A DNA stretch of 64,000 bases from Gemmatimonadota bacterium (GTDB lineage Bacteria; Gemmatimonadota; Gemmatimonadetes; Gemmatimonadales; GWC2-71-9): the NCBI GenBank assembly GCA_031367105.1, contig JANLPG010000145.1, forward strand, positions 48,679-112,678, given 5' to 3'. Positions 10,106 to 19,775 of the stretch are shown piece after piece. Under the pieces are notes generated by a model, which was not told the DNA's origin, made no database searches, and was given only the letters and a program-made list of their open reading frames with translations. The translations under genes were made by a program, and so were the position numbers. Position 1 is the first letter of the stretch; each line of letters opens with the position of its first letter.

Positions 10106-10888
10106 TCAGGTGGACCCTGCCCGACCCCGAGATTCTCCGCGCGCAGCGAGCGTCGCTCGCAACCAGTCGCGATTCATCCGGGCGATGTTTTCAACCGAGA
10201 TGTCCTTCGGACACGCTTCCTGGCACTCGCCGTAGTTGGTGCAGCCACCGAATCCCTCCTCATCCATCTGCTGTACCATGGCGAGGACCCGGCGGTTGCG
10301 CTCGGGCTGTCCCTGCGGCAACCGACCGAGGTGACTGACCTTGGCTGCGGTGAACAGCATTGCTGAGGCGTTGGGACACGCGGCAACGCAGGCACCGCAG
10401 CCGATACACTGGGCGGCGTCCATTGCCAGGTCGGAGTCTTCCTTCGCGATCGGGATGGCATTGCCGTCCTGCGCCGACCCCGTTGGCGCGGAAATAAAGC
10501 CGCCGACGGCGATAATCCGGTCGAACGCCGAGCGGTCGACCACCAGATCGCGCAGCACAGGAAAGGCGGCGGCGCGCCACGGTTCGATCACGATGGTGTC
10601 ACCATCTTTGAAGCTGCGCATATGCAGTTGGCAGGTGGTGGTCGCCTGCCGGGGGCCGTGCGGGGCACCGTTGATCATCAGGGCGCAGCTGCCGCAAATT
10701 CCCTCACGGCAATCGTGATCGAAGGCGATCGGCTCGTCACCCCGCGCCAGCAGCTCCTCATTCACGACATCGAGCATCTCGAGGAACGACATATGCTCAT
10801 CGGCGGTGGTGGCATACTCACGAAATGCACCGGACGCCTTCGGGCCGGGCTGCCGCCAGACCTTCAACGTCAGTTTCATTGCACTCAT
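10106..10888 (-). CDS. sdhB: succinate dehydrogenase/fumarate reductase iron-sulfur subunit
   Basis: 260 aa. 2Fe-2S block [15 protein letters not shown], 4Fe-4S/3Fe-4S blocks [12 protein letters not shown] and [12 protein letters not shown]. Start overlaps the sdhA stop by 4 nt. Confidence 0.9.
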   Translation of the reverse strand: MSAMKLTLKVWRQPGPKASGAFREYATTADEHMSFLEMLDVVNEELLARGDEPIAFDHDCREGICGSCALMINGAPHGPRQATTTCQLHMRSFKDGDTIVIEPWRAAAFPVLRDLVVDRSAFDRIIAVGGFISAPTGSAQDGNAIPIAKEDSDLAMDAAQCIGCGACVAACPNASAMLFTAAKVSHLGRLPQGQPERNRRVLAMVQQMDEEGFGGCTNYGECQEACPKDISVENIARMNRDWLRATLAARGESRGRAGST

Positions 10889-12795
10889 TTGTACGACCTC
10901 GTCGCCAGCTTGACGAATTCGAACGAGAGCGGCTCAATATGCCGCACCGGTGCCGCGGCGCCCTGATACTCCCACACCGCGGCGTGCGTGAATCGTTCGT
11001 CGTCACGGAGGGCCTCGCCATCCTCGGTTTGGTATTCGGTCCGGAAATGGCCACCGCAGGACTCCTCGCGGAGCAGCGCATCGGAGCACATCAGCTCGCC
11101 AAACTCCAGGAAGTCGGCCACCCGACCAGCCTTCTCAAGCGACTGATTCAGGGTCTCGGCCGAGCCCGGCACCTTGACGTTCTCCCAGAACTCGGCGCGC
11201 AATTCCGGAATTCTTCGCAATGCCTCCTCAAGGCCGGCCCGGTCTCGCGCCATCCCGCACTTCTCCCACAGGATGTTTCCAAGCTCCTTGTGGAAGGAGT
11301 CCACTGAGCGTTTTCCGTCGACTGCCAGCAACGTGCCGAGGCGGGTGTTGGCGCTCGTTTCTGCTTCACGGAATGCCGCATGCGAGGTGTCTACCGCCTC
11401 AAGCTTCGCTCCGGCGAGATAGTCTCCGATGGTGTACGGCAAGATGAAATAGCCGTCGGCCAGCCCCTGCATCAGTGCCGAGGCGCCGAGGCGGTTGGCG
11501 CCATGATCGGAGAAGTTGGCCTCGCCGATCACGTGCAGCCCGGGGAGGTTACTCATCAGGTTGTAGTCGACCCAGAGCCCGCCCATCGTGTAGTGGACGG
11601 CCGGATAAATACGCATCGGCGAAGCGTACGGATTCTCGGCCGTGATCCGCTCGTACATCTCGAACAGATTGCCGTAGCGCTCGCGGATGGTATCTTCGCC
11701 GAGTCGGCTGATGGCGGTCGAAAAGTCGAGGTACACGCCGCGCCCACCGGGACCCACACCGAGGCCGGCGTCACACGCCTCCTTGGCGGCCCGCGATGCG
11801 ATGTCACGCGGGGCCAGGTTGCCGTAGCTGGGATATTTCCGTTCGAGGTAGTAGTCGCGCTCGCTTTCCGGAATGTCGGCGGGGGCGCGGGCATCGCCCG
11901 GCTCCCTTGGTACCCAGACGCGGCCGTCATTGCGCAACGACTCCGACATCAGCGTGAGTTTCGACTGGTAGTCACCGCTGACCGGGATGCAGGTGGGATG
12001 AATCTGCGTGAAGCACGGATTGGCGAAACCGGCGCCTTTCTTGTAGGCACGATACGCCGCCGTGACATTGCAGCCCTTGGCATTGGTCGAGAGGTAGAAG
12101 GCGTTGCCGTATCCGCCAGTCCCCAACACCACGGTGTGCGCCGCGAACGAAAGGACCTCCCCCGAGACCAGATCACGCGCGACGATGCCTCGTGCCCGTC
12201 CGTTGACGACCACCAGCTCGAGCATCTCGTGCCGTGAGTACATCGTGACCGTTCCCTTGCCAATCTGTCGCTCGAGCGCCTGATAGGCGCCAATCAGCAG
12301 CTGCTGGCCAGTCTGGCCGCGCGCATAGAAGGTGCGGGAAACCTGGGCACCGCCGAACGAACGGTTCGCCAGCAGCCCGCCATATTCGCGCGCGAAGGGA
12401 ACGCCCTGTGCGACGCACTGGTCGATGATGTTCGCCGAGACCTGGGCGAGCCGGTAGACATTCCCCTCGCGCGCCCGGAAATCGCCACCCTTGATGGTGT
12501 CGTGGAACAATCGCCACGAGGAATCGCCATCATTCTGGTAGTTCTTGGCCGCGTTGATCCCACCCTGTGCCGCAATCGAATGCGCCCGCCGCGGGGAATC
12601 CTGGAAACAGAAGCAGGAGACGTTGTAGCCGAGTTCCGCGAGCGAGGCGGCGGCTGACGCACCCGCAAGGCCGGATCCGACGATGATGACGTCAAACTTC
12701 CGCTTGTTGGCGGGCGACACCAGCCGCAGATCCTTCTTGTGGCGGTCCCACTTTTCTTCCAGCGGGCCCCCAGGAATTTTCGCGTCAAGATGCAT
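10885..12795 (-). CDS. sdhA: succinate dehydrogenase/fumarate reductase flavoprotein subunit
   Basis: Track ORF 10885..12894 trimmed to ATG 12795 ([17 protein letters not shown]...). FAD dinucleotide fold [27 protein letters not shown] (covalent-FAD His region), HYTMGGL. Its ATG shares one nucleotide with the sdhC stop (TGATG). Confidence 0.9.
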   Translation of the reverse strand: MHLDAKIPGGPLEEKWDRHKKDLRLVSPANKRKFDVIIVGSGLAGASAAASLAELGYNVSCFCFQDSPRRAHSIAAQGGINAAKNYQNDGDSSWRLFHDTIKGGDFRAREGNVYRLAQVSANIIDQCVAQGVPFAREYGGLLANRSFGGAQVSRTFYARGQTGQQLLIGAYQALERQIGKGTVTMYSRHEMLELVVVNGRARGIVARDLVSGEVLSFAAHTVVLGTGGYGNAFYLSTNAKGCNVTAAYRAYKKGAGFANPCFTQIHPTCIPVSGDYQSKLTLMSESLRNDGRVWVPREPGDARAPADIPESERDYYLERKYPSYGNLAPRDIASRAAKEACDAGLGVGPGGRGVYLDFSTAISRLGEDTIRERYGNLFEMYERITAENPYASPMRIYPAVHYTMGGLWVDYNLMSNLPGLHVIGEANFSDHGANRLGASALMQGLADGYFILPYTIGDYLAGAKLEAVDTSHAAFREAETSANTRLGTLLAVDGKRSVDSFHKELGNILWEKCGMARDRAGLEEALRRIPELRAEFWENVKVPGSAETLNQSLEKAGRVADFLEFGELMCSDALLREESCGGHFRTEYQTEDGEALRDDERFTHAAVWEYQGAAAPVRHIEPLSFEFVKLATRSYK

Positions 12796-13451
12796 CAGAG
12801 GAGCCCCAGCAGGGCGGCGAGTGGGATGCTCAACAGCCCGCCCGCCACGAGCAGCGCCAGACCGACCGCGATCACCTTCCGCGATCTGTTCCACGCCGGG
12901 TGATTAAGACCGAGCGTCTGGAAGACTGACCAGATCCCGTGGCCGAAATGGAGGCCGAGGAAGACCATCGCGACCGCGTAGAAGATCGCCACCGGTGGGA
13001 CGGCGAGGCCGCGTTTCAGGTTCGCCGACACGGCCCCTTCGCGGAAGTCGGGGTGCAGGGTGCCGAGCGTCAGATGGAGAATGTGGAAGACGATGAAGGT
13101 GAGTAGCAGCACCCCGCCCCAGCGCATCGTGTGGGCAGCGTAGCTCGAGGCCTGCAGCTCGTGCCGATCATATCCGGTCGGGCGCGCGCTGCGCGCCATC
13201 CGCGTCAATTGCCAGGCCGCCGCGATGTGGATGCTGACGGCAGCAAGGAGTCCGAGGCGTGCCACCCAGAGCAGCGGTCCGAAGGAGCGCAGCCAGGCGC
13301 CGTAGTCGTCCAGGTGCTGGGGGTTCACAAACACCAGGACATTCGAGATCATATGCGAGATCAGGAAGAGGACCAGCAACACTCCGGTGACCGCCATCGC
13401 CACCTTCTTCCCCACAGCGGTCTGCCATACGGCGACGAGTCGGTTCATCAC
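12795..13451 (-). CDS. sdhC: succinate dehydrogenase cytochrome b subunit (single five-helix, b558-type)
   Basis: 218 aa, five hydrophobic helices with conserved His ([30 protein letters not shown]), consistent with a Bacillus/Wolinella-type di-haem anchor. No sdhD is present. Confidence 0.8.
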   Translation of the reverse strand: MMNRLVAVWQTAVGKKVAMAVTGVLLVLFLISHMISNVLVFVNPQHLDDYGAWLRSFGPLLWVARLGLLAAVSIHIAAAWQLTRMARSARPTGYDRHELQASSYAAHTMRWGGVLLLTFIVFHILHLTLGTLHPDFREGAVSANLKRGLAVPPVAIFYAVAMVFLGLHFGHGIWSVFQTLGLNHPAWNRSRKVIAVGLALLVAGGLLSIPLAALLGLL

Positions 13452-13455
13452 GTGC

Positions 13456-14379
13456 TCAGACGATCGCCTGAATCGACCGCACCGCCTCCGCCGACTGGTG
13501 TAGCGCCGCGCGTTCGGCGTCGGTCAGGGTGATCGAGATGATTCGCTCGAGTCCATTGCGCCCCAGCAGGCAGGGAACTCCACAATAGACGTCCGTGAGC
13601 CCGAACTCTCCCTGCAGCCACGCCGAGCAGGGGAGAATTCTGCGCTTGTCGAGCACGATCGCCTCGGCCATCTGGACGGCCGCGGCGGAAGGAGCGTAAT
13701 ACGCCGAACCGGTCTTCAGGTGCGCGACGATTTCGGCGCCACCGTTACGCGCCCGGGTGACGATCGCCTCGAGCTTGTCGGCGGCGAGCAGTTGGGTGAT
13801 CGGAATACCAGAGACCGTGGTGCAGGAGATCAGCGGAACCATCGTATCGCCGTGGCCGCCGAGTACCATCGCCTGAATGTCCTCGACCGACACATCCAGT
13901 GCCTCGGAGAGGAACATCCGGTACCGCGCAGTGTCGAGCACGCCAGCCATCCCGATCACTCGCTCACGCGGGAAGCCAGTGGCCTCGCGCATCACATAGC
14001 ACATCGCGTCGAGCGGATTGGAGACCACGATCACGATCGCGTTGGGGGCCACCCGTTTGATATTTTCACCCACGGACTTCACGATCCCGGCGTTGGTCTT
14101 GACCAGGTCGTCGCGACTCATCCCCGGCTTGCGCGCGATGCCGGCAGTGACGATGAAGAGTTCTGATCCGGCGGCCAGTTCGTAGTCGTTGCTCCCCAGC
14201 ACCCGGGCATCGAATCCTTCAACCGGCCCGGACTGCCACTGGTCGAGCGCCTTCCCCTGCGGGACGCCCTCAACGACATCGACCATCACGACCGTGCGTG
14301 CAAGGTGTTTCTCTGCGACGCGCTGGGCGGCAGTGGCGCCGACGTTCCCTGCCCCAACCACCGTGATTTTCTCGAACAT
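13456..14379 (-). CDS. mdh: malate dehydrogenase (LDH-like family)
   Basis: 307 aa. [18 protein letters not shown] fold, [21 protein letters not shown]. 4 nt upstream of sdhC. Confidence 0.9.
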   Translation of the reverse strand: MFEKITVVGAGNVGATAAQRVAEKHLARTVVMVDVVEGVPQGKALDQWQSGPVEGFDARVLGSNDYELAAGSELFIVTAGIARKPGMSRDDLVKTNAGIVKSVGENIKRVAPNAIVIVVSNPLDAMCYVMREATGFPRERVIGMAGVLDTARYRMFLSEALDVSVEDIQAMVLGGHGDTMVPLISCTTVSGIPITQLLAADKLEAIVTRARNGGAEIVAHLKTGSAYYAPSAAAVQMAEAIVLDKRRILPCSAWLQGEFGLTDVYCGVPCLLGRNGLERIISITLTDAERAALHQSAEAVRSIQAIV

Positions 14380-14487
14380 ATCGGGTCCGCTCGTGACGAA
14401 GTGATCAGGCGCTCAGTGGCGCCGAAAGTGTCGCTCGAATGCCCCGGTCAACCTAATCGAAACGCGCGGGTGACCCAAGACGGTGAC

Positions 14488-14991
14488 TCAGCGCGGCCTC
14501 CGGTTCCGTGACCGGCGGCGGCCCGCGTCCTCCCGCGGAGGATGTGCGGCCCGTTCCGCCGCGTAGGCAAGTGTTGCCTCAACGGCTGCTGGAAGGTCGG
14601 GTACGCGCCGCCCCTTGGCTCCGGGGAGTCGAAACACCCGGTCGGGGTATTTCTCCCGGATTTTTTCCGGTAGACCCAAGGCCTCGTCGCCAAACACCAA
14701 TACACTGTTGCCCTGGAATGGTGCCTCGGCGGGATCCCGCTGGCCGTCGGCCGCAAAATAGAGGCAGCGATCCCGCCGCATCGCATCGCGGAAGTCGCGC
14801 CACCCGGGGTGGACCCACCAATCGAGCGCCTCCCAGTCGACCTCTGAGGACGTCCGGAAGGCCGGCTCGTCGGGCCCGAATCCCAGCGGTCCGACCAGAT
14901 GAAGGGAGGCGTCGACTGCCGCACAACGGCGCGCCACCGCGGCGGTCGTCGTTGGAGTACGGGGTTCGAGCAGGGCGATATGAAGCGGCAT
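14488..14991 (-). CDS. SPOUT-class tRNA 2'-O-methyltransferase, TrmL/YibK-like (divergent)
   Basis: Track ORF 14488..15153 trimmed to ATG 14991, which has a strong SD (GAGGAAGG 7 nt upstream). MPLHIALLEPRTP...SLHLVGPLGFG...NSVLVFGDEALGLPE matches the TrmL layout. The C-terminal knot region is atypical and followed by an Arg-rich tail. Confidence 0.6.
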   Translation of the reverse strand: MPLHIALLEPRTPTTTAAVARRCAAVDASLHLVGPLGFGPDEPAFRTSSEVDWEALDWWVHPGWRDFRDAMRRDRCLYFAADGQRDPAEAPFQGNSVLVFGDEALGLPEKIREKYPDRVFRLPGAKGRRVPDLPAAVEATLAYAAERAAHPPREDAGRRRSRNRRPR

Positions 14992-15050
14992 CGACAGACC
15001 TTCCTCGGCGGCGGACGGGAGACGGGCGGACTGAATGGTAAACGAAGCGC

Positions 15051-15082
15051 CGCCCGGAGGTCCCATCGGGGGCCCCCGGGCG
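15051..15082 (-). terminator. GC-rich stem-loop between the moa operon and trmL-like gene
   Basis: Minus strand CGCCCGGGGG-(12 nt)-CCTCCGGGCG pairs 9 of 10 bp and is followed by GCGCTTCGTTTACCATTC, which is only moderately U-rich. Confidence 0.3.
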
Positions 15083-15293
15083 ACGTGAGGAACAGCTCGA
15101 GCGCTACTGCTGACAGCTCTGCACGGGCGCCGGATCGGGCCTGGCGCCGTCAACCACGACCCGGTGATCGAGGTTCGCCACTCGAACGGCCATGTCGAAG
15201 ATCATCCGCTGTCCGGTGACATCACTCGGAGCGCCCCGCCCGACCATATCAATCGCACGACGTGGTCCTGTGGGTTCGACACGGTCGGGGTGA

Positions 15294-16325
15294 CTAGCCA
15301 CCGCGGACGTGCATCTCCCGCCGCAGGTCGGCTCTCAGCCCTTCGAGTTGGACCAGAATGCCACGCGCGGGCAACCGGGCCCGCTCCTCCGCCCCACGAT
15401 CGGCACGCCGCCGCCAGGCACCGTCCACGATCCCCTCCAGTTGCGCATCCGAGGCCCCGCCCCGGAGCGGCTCACGCAGGTCGATTCCCTCGGCGCCATA
15501 GAGGCAGCGAAAGAAGGTGCCATCGGCGGTCAATCGGGCGCGGTCACAGTCGCGGCAGAAGGGAGCGGTCGTCGAGGCGATGACCCCGACCAGCGTCCCG
15601 TCTCCAAGCCGGATCCGCTCCGCGGGTGCGTGGGGGTCGTCGTCGCGTGGAATCGGCACCGCCCCACCGAACGCACGGGCGAGCTGGCCGAGCATCTCCT
15701 CGCGGGACACGACATCCTCGGGCCGCCAGCGCGTCGCCCCGCCAACATCCATGTACTCGATGAAGCGCATCTCGACCGCACGAGCCCGTGCGAATTCCAC
15801 CAGTGGGATCAGCTCGTCGTCGTTGAAGCCGCGGACCATCACCGCGTTGATCTTGATGCGCGGGAAACCGGCCGACCGGGCAGCATCGAGGCCGGCGATC
15901 GCATCGGCGTGCCGGCTGCTCCGCGCGAACGCTGTCATCCGCTCCGGCCGCAACGTGTCGAGGCTCATCGTGATCCGATCGAGGCCCGCGTCCCGGAGTC
16001 GGTGCGCGAGCGGCGCGAGAAGCAGTCCGTTCGTAGTGAGGGCGATCTCACGCACGTTTGGGACGGCGCGCAGCATCCCGACCAGGTCGGGGAGTCCCCG
16101 ACGCAGCAGTGGTTCGCCGCCGGTCAGGCGGATTTTCCCCGCGCCGAGTCTGGCGAACACCGTTGCGACCCGCACGATTTCTTCAAACGACAACAGCGAG
16201 TCCCGCGGCAGCCAGCTGTAGTCGGCTTCCGGCATACAGTAACTGCAGCGGAGATTGCAGCGGTCGGTCACCGAAATTCGCAGTGTTCCGAGCGGGCGCC
16301 CCAGCCGATCGCGCAGGCGGCTCAC
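15294..16325 (-). CDS. moaA: GTP 3',8-cyclase MoaA (radical SAM)
   Basis: 343 aa. CNLRCSYC radical-SAM cluster, second cluster CRDCDRARLTADG...FRC, C-terminal GG. GTG start in GTGA overlap with the moaE stop. Confidence 0.9.
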   Translation of the reverse strand: MSRLRDRLGRPLGTLRISVTDRCNLRCSYCMPEADYSWLPRDSLLSFEEIVRVATVFARLGAGKIRLTGGEPLLRRGLPDLVGMLRAVPNVREIALTTNGLLLAPLAHRLRDAGLDRITMSLDTLRPERMTAFARSSRHADAIAGLDAARSAGFPRIKINAVMVRGFNDDELIPLVEFARARAVEMRFIEYMDVGGATRWRPEDVVSREEMLGQLARAFGGAVPIPRDDDPHAPAERIRLGDGTLVGVIASTTAPFCRDCDRARLTADGTFFRCLYGAEGIDLREPLRGGASDAQLEGIVDGAWRRRADRGAEERARLPARGILVQLEGLRADLRREMHVRGG

Positions 16326-16765
16326 AGCCGTTCCTTGAGTGGGACGATCCCGCCGGGTGCGGTCGGGTCGACCCAGACCTCGCGCCCATCCACGTAGCGT
16401 TCACGCTTCCAGATCGGGACCCGCCCTTTCACCGCATCGATCACCCAGCGGAGTGCGTCGAACGCCGCGCCCCGATGTGCCGAGCCAACCACCACCAGCA
16501 CGGCGGCCTCACCGACCGGCACCTCACCGAGGCGGTGTACCAGCGCGATCCGCACCGGGAATGCCGCCTCCGCCTCACTCACGATCGTTTGGAAGACCGC
16601 CTCCGCCATTGGCTGATAGGCAGAGTACGAGAGCGACTGCACCGCACTGCCGGCGTGGTGATTTCGGACCAGTCCGGAGAAAGTCGCGATCGCACCCCGC
16701 TCGGGCGACCGGACGGCTTCGAGCAACGGCGCGAGGAGAAGTGGGCCGATCCGCAGGAAACTCAC
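16322..16765 (-). CDS. moaE: molybdopterin synthase catalytic subunit MoaE
   Basis: Track ORF 16322..16819. ...ERGAIATFSGLVRNHH...VGEAAVLVVVGSAHRGAAFDA...PIWKRE is MoaE-like. I prefer GTG 16765, 4 nt after the moaD stop. The TTG at 16819 would overlap moaD by 50 nt. Confidence 0.8.
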   Translation of the reverse strand: MSFLRIGPLLLAPLLEAVRSPERGAIATFSGLVRNHHAGSAVQSLSYSAYQPMAEAVFQTIVSEAEAAFPVRIALVHRLGEVPVGEAAVLVVVGSAHRGAAFDALRWVIDAVKGRVPIWKRERYVDGREVWVDPTAPGGIVPLKERL

Positions 16766-16769
16766 GACG

Positions 16770-17015
16770 TCAACCCCCCGCGAGAGGCGGCAGGAGCGCC
16801 AGCTCCGCGGCAGAGTCAAGCCGCTGAGTGGCAGACACTTGGGTGTGGTTCATCACCAGGAACGGGCTCGCCGGAAGCAATGCGCCCCCCGGCAGTTGCC
16901 GGAGGGCGTCGATCAGTTCTGTCGCCGTCGCGTCATCGGGGAGAAGCACCTCAACCCACTCGCTACCAAGGAGTTCGGCGTACCGCGCGAACAGCAAGAC
17001 TCGAAAGGTGGTCAC
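16770..17015 (-). CDS. moaD: molybdopterin synthase sulfur-carrier subunit MoaD
   Basis: 81 aa, ubiquitin-like size, ends ...LLPPLAGG (C-terminal Gly-Gly). GTG start in GTGA overlap with the upstream HU/IHF stop. Confidence 0.8.
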   Translation of the reverse strand: MTTFRVLLFARYAELLGSEWVEVLLPDDATATELIDALRQLPGGALLPASPFLVMNHTQVSATQRLDSAAELALLPPLAGG

Positions 17016-17356
17016 TCGTCCTCGTCGTCATCATCCATTTCCGAACCGTCCGGGATGTACTCCTCGTGCGCGACGAGCGCGCGTAACTCCTTACTGGGCT
17101 TGAACACCGGGACCGGGCGCGCGGCAACTTCCACCGGATCGCCGGTGCGCGGATTTCGCGCCATCCGGGTCTTTCGGCGTCGAATCTTGAAGGTTCCGAA
17201 GCCTCGAACCTCGATGTTGTGCTGGTCGCGCATCGCGAGCTTCACCGCATCCAGGAATGCGTCGACGACACGCGCACAATCCTTCTTGGAGATCATCGGC
17301 CCCGACGTGCGGGCGATTGCGGCAGTCACCTGTTCGACAAGATCGGCCTTGGTCAT
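17012..17356 (-). CDS. HU/IHF-family DNA-binding protein with acidic C-terminal tail
   Basis: Track ORF 17012..17509 trimmed to ATG 17356. MTKADLVEQVTAA...FLDAVKLAM...VEVRGFGTFKIRRRKTRMARNPRTGDPVEVAARPVPVFKPSKEL is the HU/IHF beta-arm signature. The tail is ...EEYIPDGSEMDDDDEDE. Confidence 0.8.
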   Translation of the reverse strand: MTKADLVEQVTAAIARTSGPMISKKDCARVVDAFLDAVKLAMRDQHNIEVRGFGTFKIRRRKTRMARNPRTGDPVEVAARPVPVFKPSKELRALVAHEEYIPDGSEMDDDDEDE

Positions 17357-17409
17357 CGCTCCCTCGGGGAGATGCCTTGGGGGCCGGGTGACTGCCCCCA
17401 TCGGGCCGA

Positions 17410-17439
17410 TATGTACGACGCTTAAGCGTTGTCTGTCAA
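17410..17439 (-). promoter_or_regulatory. candidate sigma70 promoter for the HU-moaDEA unit, with a palindromic operator in the spacer
   Basis: Minus strand: TTGACA (17439..17434, perfect -35, contains the carA stop), 18-nt spacer, TACATA (17415..17410). The spacer holds the perfect 12-bp palindrome ACGCTTAAGCGT (17418..17429). Confidence 0.35.
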
Positions 17440-18572
17440 GAGGTTGCGCCCTTTTGGGATGCCCGCGCCCGGATCGCGGAGAGGAACTCCCCGAAGTGGG
17501 GGTAGGCATCGTGGGGACCCGGGGCGGCCTCGGGGTGATACTGGACCGCGAACACGGGGAGGCGCCGGTGCCGGAGCCCTTCGACGGTTCCGTCGTTCAG
17601 ATTGAGGTGGGTGACCTCGAGTTCGGGTGCTCCGGGAACCCCCAGGGCGTCCCCCAGGACCGCGAAGCCGTGGTTCTGGGTGGTGATCAGCACCTTGCCG
17701 GTCGCAAGCTCCTTCACGGGGTGATTCCCGCCCCGGTGGCCGTAGGAGAGCTTGGTCGTCTCCCCCCCAAAGGCGAGGCCGAGGAGCTGGTGCCCCAGAC
17801 AGATCCCGAAGGTCGGGATCCCGCTCTCGGTGAGGGTCCGGATGGTATCCTGGGCATAATCGACCGCCGCCGGGTCGCCGGGGCCATTCGAAAGGAAGAG
17901 GCCGGCCGGCTCCATCGCCAGCACGTCGGCGGCGGAGGTCTGTGCCGGCACGACCGTGACCCGGAGGCCGGTCGCCTGGAGCATCCGGACGATGTTCCGC
18001 TTCATCCCAAAGTCGAACGCGACCACCAGCGGGCCTGCGCCCTGCGTGTACGCGCTGAGGGTCGTCGCCCGCGAGGCGAGGTCCAGTCCGGCCATCGAAG
18101 GCGAATCCAACAACTCGCGGCGCAGCGCTTCGGGTGGCTCGGCTCCCGCCGCAATGACGCCGCGCATCGAACCGCGCTCGCGCAGGTGACGGGTGAGTCG
18201 GCGAGTGTCGACGCCGGTGATGACGGGGACGCCTGCCTCGGCGAGCCACTCCGGCAACGACCTGGTCGCCTGCCAGTTGGAGTAGTGCCGCGACAGTTCG
18301 CGAACCACCACGCCGCTCACCTGAGGTCGACCGGACTCGTCGTCGGTGGCGGTGATGCCGTAGTTGCCGATCATCGGGGCGGTCATCACGACGATCTGCC
18401 CGAGGTAACTGGGGTCGGTGAAAGTCTCCTGATACCCAGTCATATTCGTGGTGAACACAACTTCGCCGAATCCCTGCCCCACGGGGCCGACGACGCGCCC
18501 CGGGTACCAACTACCATCTTCCAGCAACACGAAGGCGGGATCCTGTATCCCGCCCACGGTAGCTTGCGTCAA
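17436..18572 (-). CDS. carA: carbamoyl-phosphate synthase small (glutaminase) subunit
   Basis: 378 aa. N-terminal CPSase small-chain block [31 protein letters not shown], class-I GATase GICLGHQLL with downstream HPE. TTG start in TTGA overlap with the secG stop. Confidence 0.9.
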   Translation of the reverse strand: MTQATVGGIQDPAFVLLEDGSWYPGRVVGPVGQGFGEVVFTTNMTGYQETFTDPSYLGQIVVMTAPMIGNYGITATDDESGRPQVSGVVVRELSRHYSNWQATRSLPEWLAEAGVPVITGVDTRRLTRHLRERGSMRGVIAAGAEPPEALRRELLDSPSMAGLDLASRATTLSAYTQGAGPLVVAFDFGMKRNIVRMLQATGLRVTVVPAQTSAADVLAMEPAGLFLSNGPGDPAAVDYAQDTIRTLTESGIPTFGICLGHQLLGLAFGGETTKLSYGHRGGNHPVKELATGKVLITTQNHGFAVLGDALGVPGAPELEVTHLNLNDGTVEGLRHRRLPVFAVQYHPEAAPGPHDAYPHFGEFLSAIRARASQKGATS

Positions 18573-18952
18573 GGCTTCTTCGCCGGCGCGGGTGCGGGAA
18601 GAGGCGATGGCGCGGTCGTCGTTGGAATCGGGGCCGGGGCGGTGGTGCCCTGGATCGGGGCCACCGGGGTGGGCGCCACGGCTCCCTGCCGAAGCTGCTG
18701 CTGCAACTCGGACGAGCCTGAGCTACGCCGCGACGAAGTCAGCGACAACAGCAAGGCGAGTCCCATGAATATCCCGCCGGTCCACCAGGTTGCCCGGGTA
18801 AGGAGGGTGGTGGCCTGCCGACCACCGAGCACTTGGGATGCGCTGCCGCCGCCGAGAGAGGCGAGCCCGCCACCCTGGCCAGCCTGCATCAGGACGACGG
18901 CGGAGAGCAGCAGGCCGTCGAGGATCATCAGTACAAGCAGAAAGCCGAACAC
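18569..18952 (-). CDS. secG: preprotein translocase subunit SecG (with Pro/Ala-rich C-terminal extension)
   Basis: 127 aa, GTG start with [43 protein letters not shown]...[17 protein letters not shown] is the two-TM SecG pattern. Confidence 0.75.
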   Translation of the reverse strand: MFGFLLVLMILDGLLLSAVVLMQAGQGGGLASLGGGSASQVLGGRQATTLLTRATWWTGGIFMGLALLLSLTSSRRSSGSSELQQQLRQGAVAPTPVAPIQGTTAPAPIPTTTAPSPLPAPAPAKKP

Positions 18953-19025
18953 AGTGCGGTCCTTGGTTTTAGCCTAGCTGGAAAAGATAGCGCACGATGC
19001 CCTGCCGCTCAACTCGGCGACCACT

Positions 19026-19775
19026 TCAGGGGGGCTCGGTGCCACAGATCCCTGCCCAGGCGTCGGGATCGAGCGCTGCTCCCCCGACCAGGACCCCGTC
19101 GATCTCGCGCTCAGCCAGCAACAGCGAGACGTTGCCGGCGTTCACCGATCCGCCGTAGAGGATCCGGCTGTTCCGGGGAAATCCCAGTCCGCCGAGGAGA
19201 TCCCGGATGGTGCCGTGCACCAGCGCGGCATCGGCCGGGGTCGCCGTCCGGCCAGTCCCGATGGCCCACACCGGTTCATACGCCACGACCACGTCCGCAG
19301 CGGGATCCACCCCTGCCAGCCCGGCCCGCAATTGCCGCGCGACCACGTCGGCGGTCTCGCCACGTTCCCGCTGGGCCAGCGTCTCGCCGACGCACAATAT
19401 GGCGAGCAGTCCGCCGTCGATGACCGCGTGGATCTTCCGGTTCGTCTCCTCGTCGGTTTCGCCGAAGACGTGCCGCCGTTCGCTGTGACCGACAAGCGCC
19501 CCCGCGGCCCCCGCGCCGCGCGCCAACGCAACCGACGTCGCACCGGTGAACGCCCCCTTCGGCTCCCAATGGACATCCTGTACACCAACCAGCAAATGGT
19601 CACGATCGCGAAGGGTCGCAGCGACCGATTCGATGGCGACGGCGGACGGAAAGAAGAACACGGTCCGCCCCGACCTTGGAATGTCGACGGCGAGAAAGCG
19701 GTCGAGGTAGGTCCGCGCCTCTCCTGGGGTCAGATGCATCTTCCAGTTCGCGGCGAAGAGCAAGGGGCGGTTCAC
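19026..19775 (-). CDS. tpiA: triosephosphate isomerase
   Basis: 249 aa. AANWKMH, VGHSERR, AYEPVWAIGTG, ILYGGSV. GTGA overlap with the pgk stop. Confidence 0.9.
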   Translation of the reverse strand: MNRPLLFAANWKMHLTPGEARTYLDRFLAVDIPRSGRTVFFFPSAVAIESVAATLRDRDHLLVGVQDVHWEPKGAFTGATSVALARGAGAAGALVGHSERRHVFGETDEETNRKIHAVIDGGLLAILCVGETLAQRERGETADVVARQLRAGLAGVDPAADVVVAYEPVWAIGTGRTATPADAALVHGTIRDLLGGLGFPRNSRILYGGSVNAGNVSLLLAEREIDGVLVGGAALDPDAWAGICGTEPP

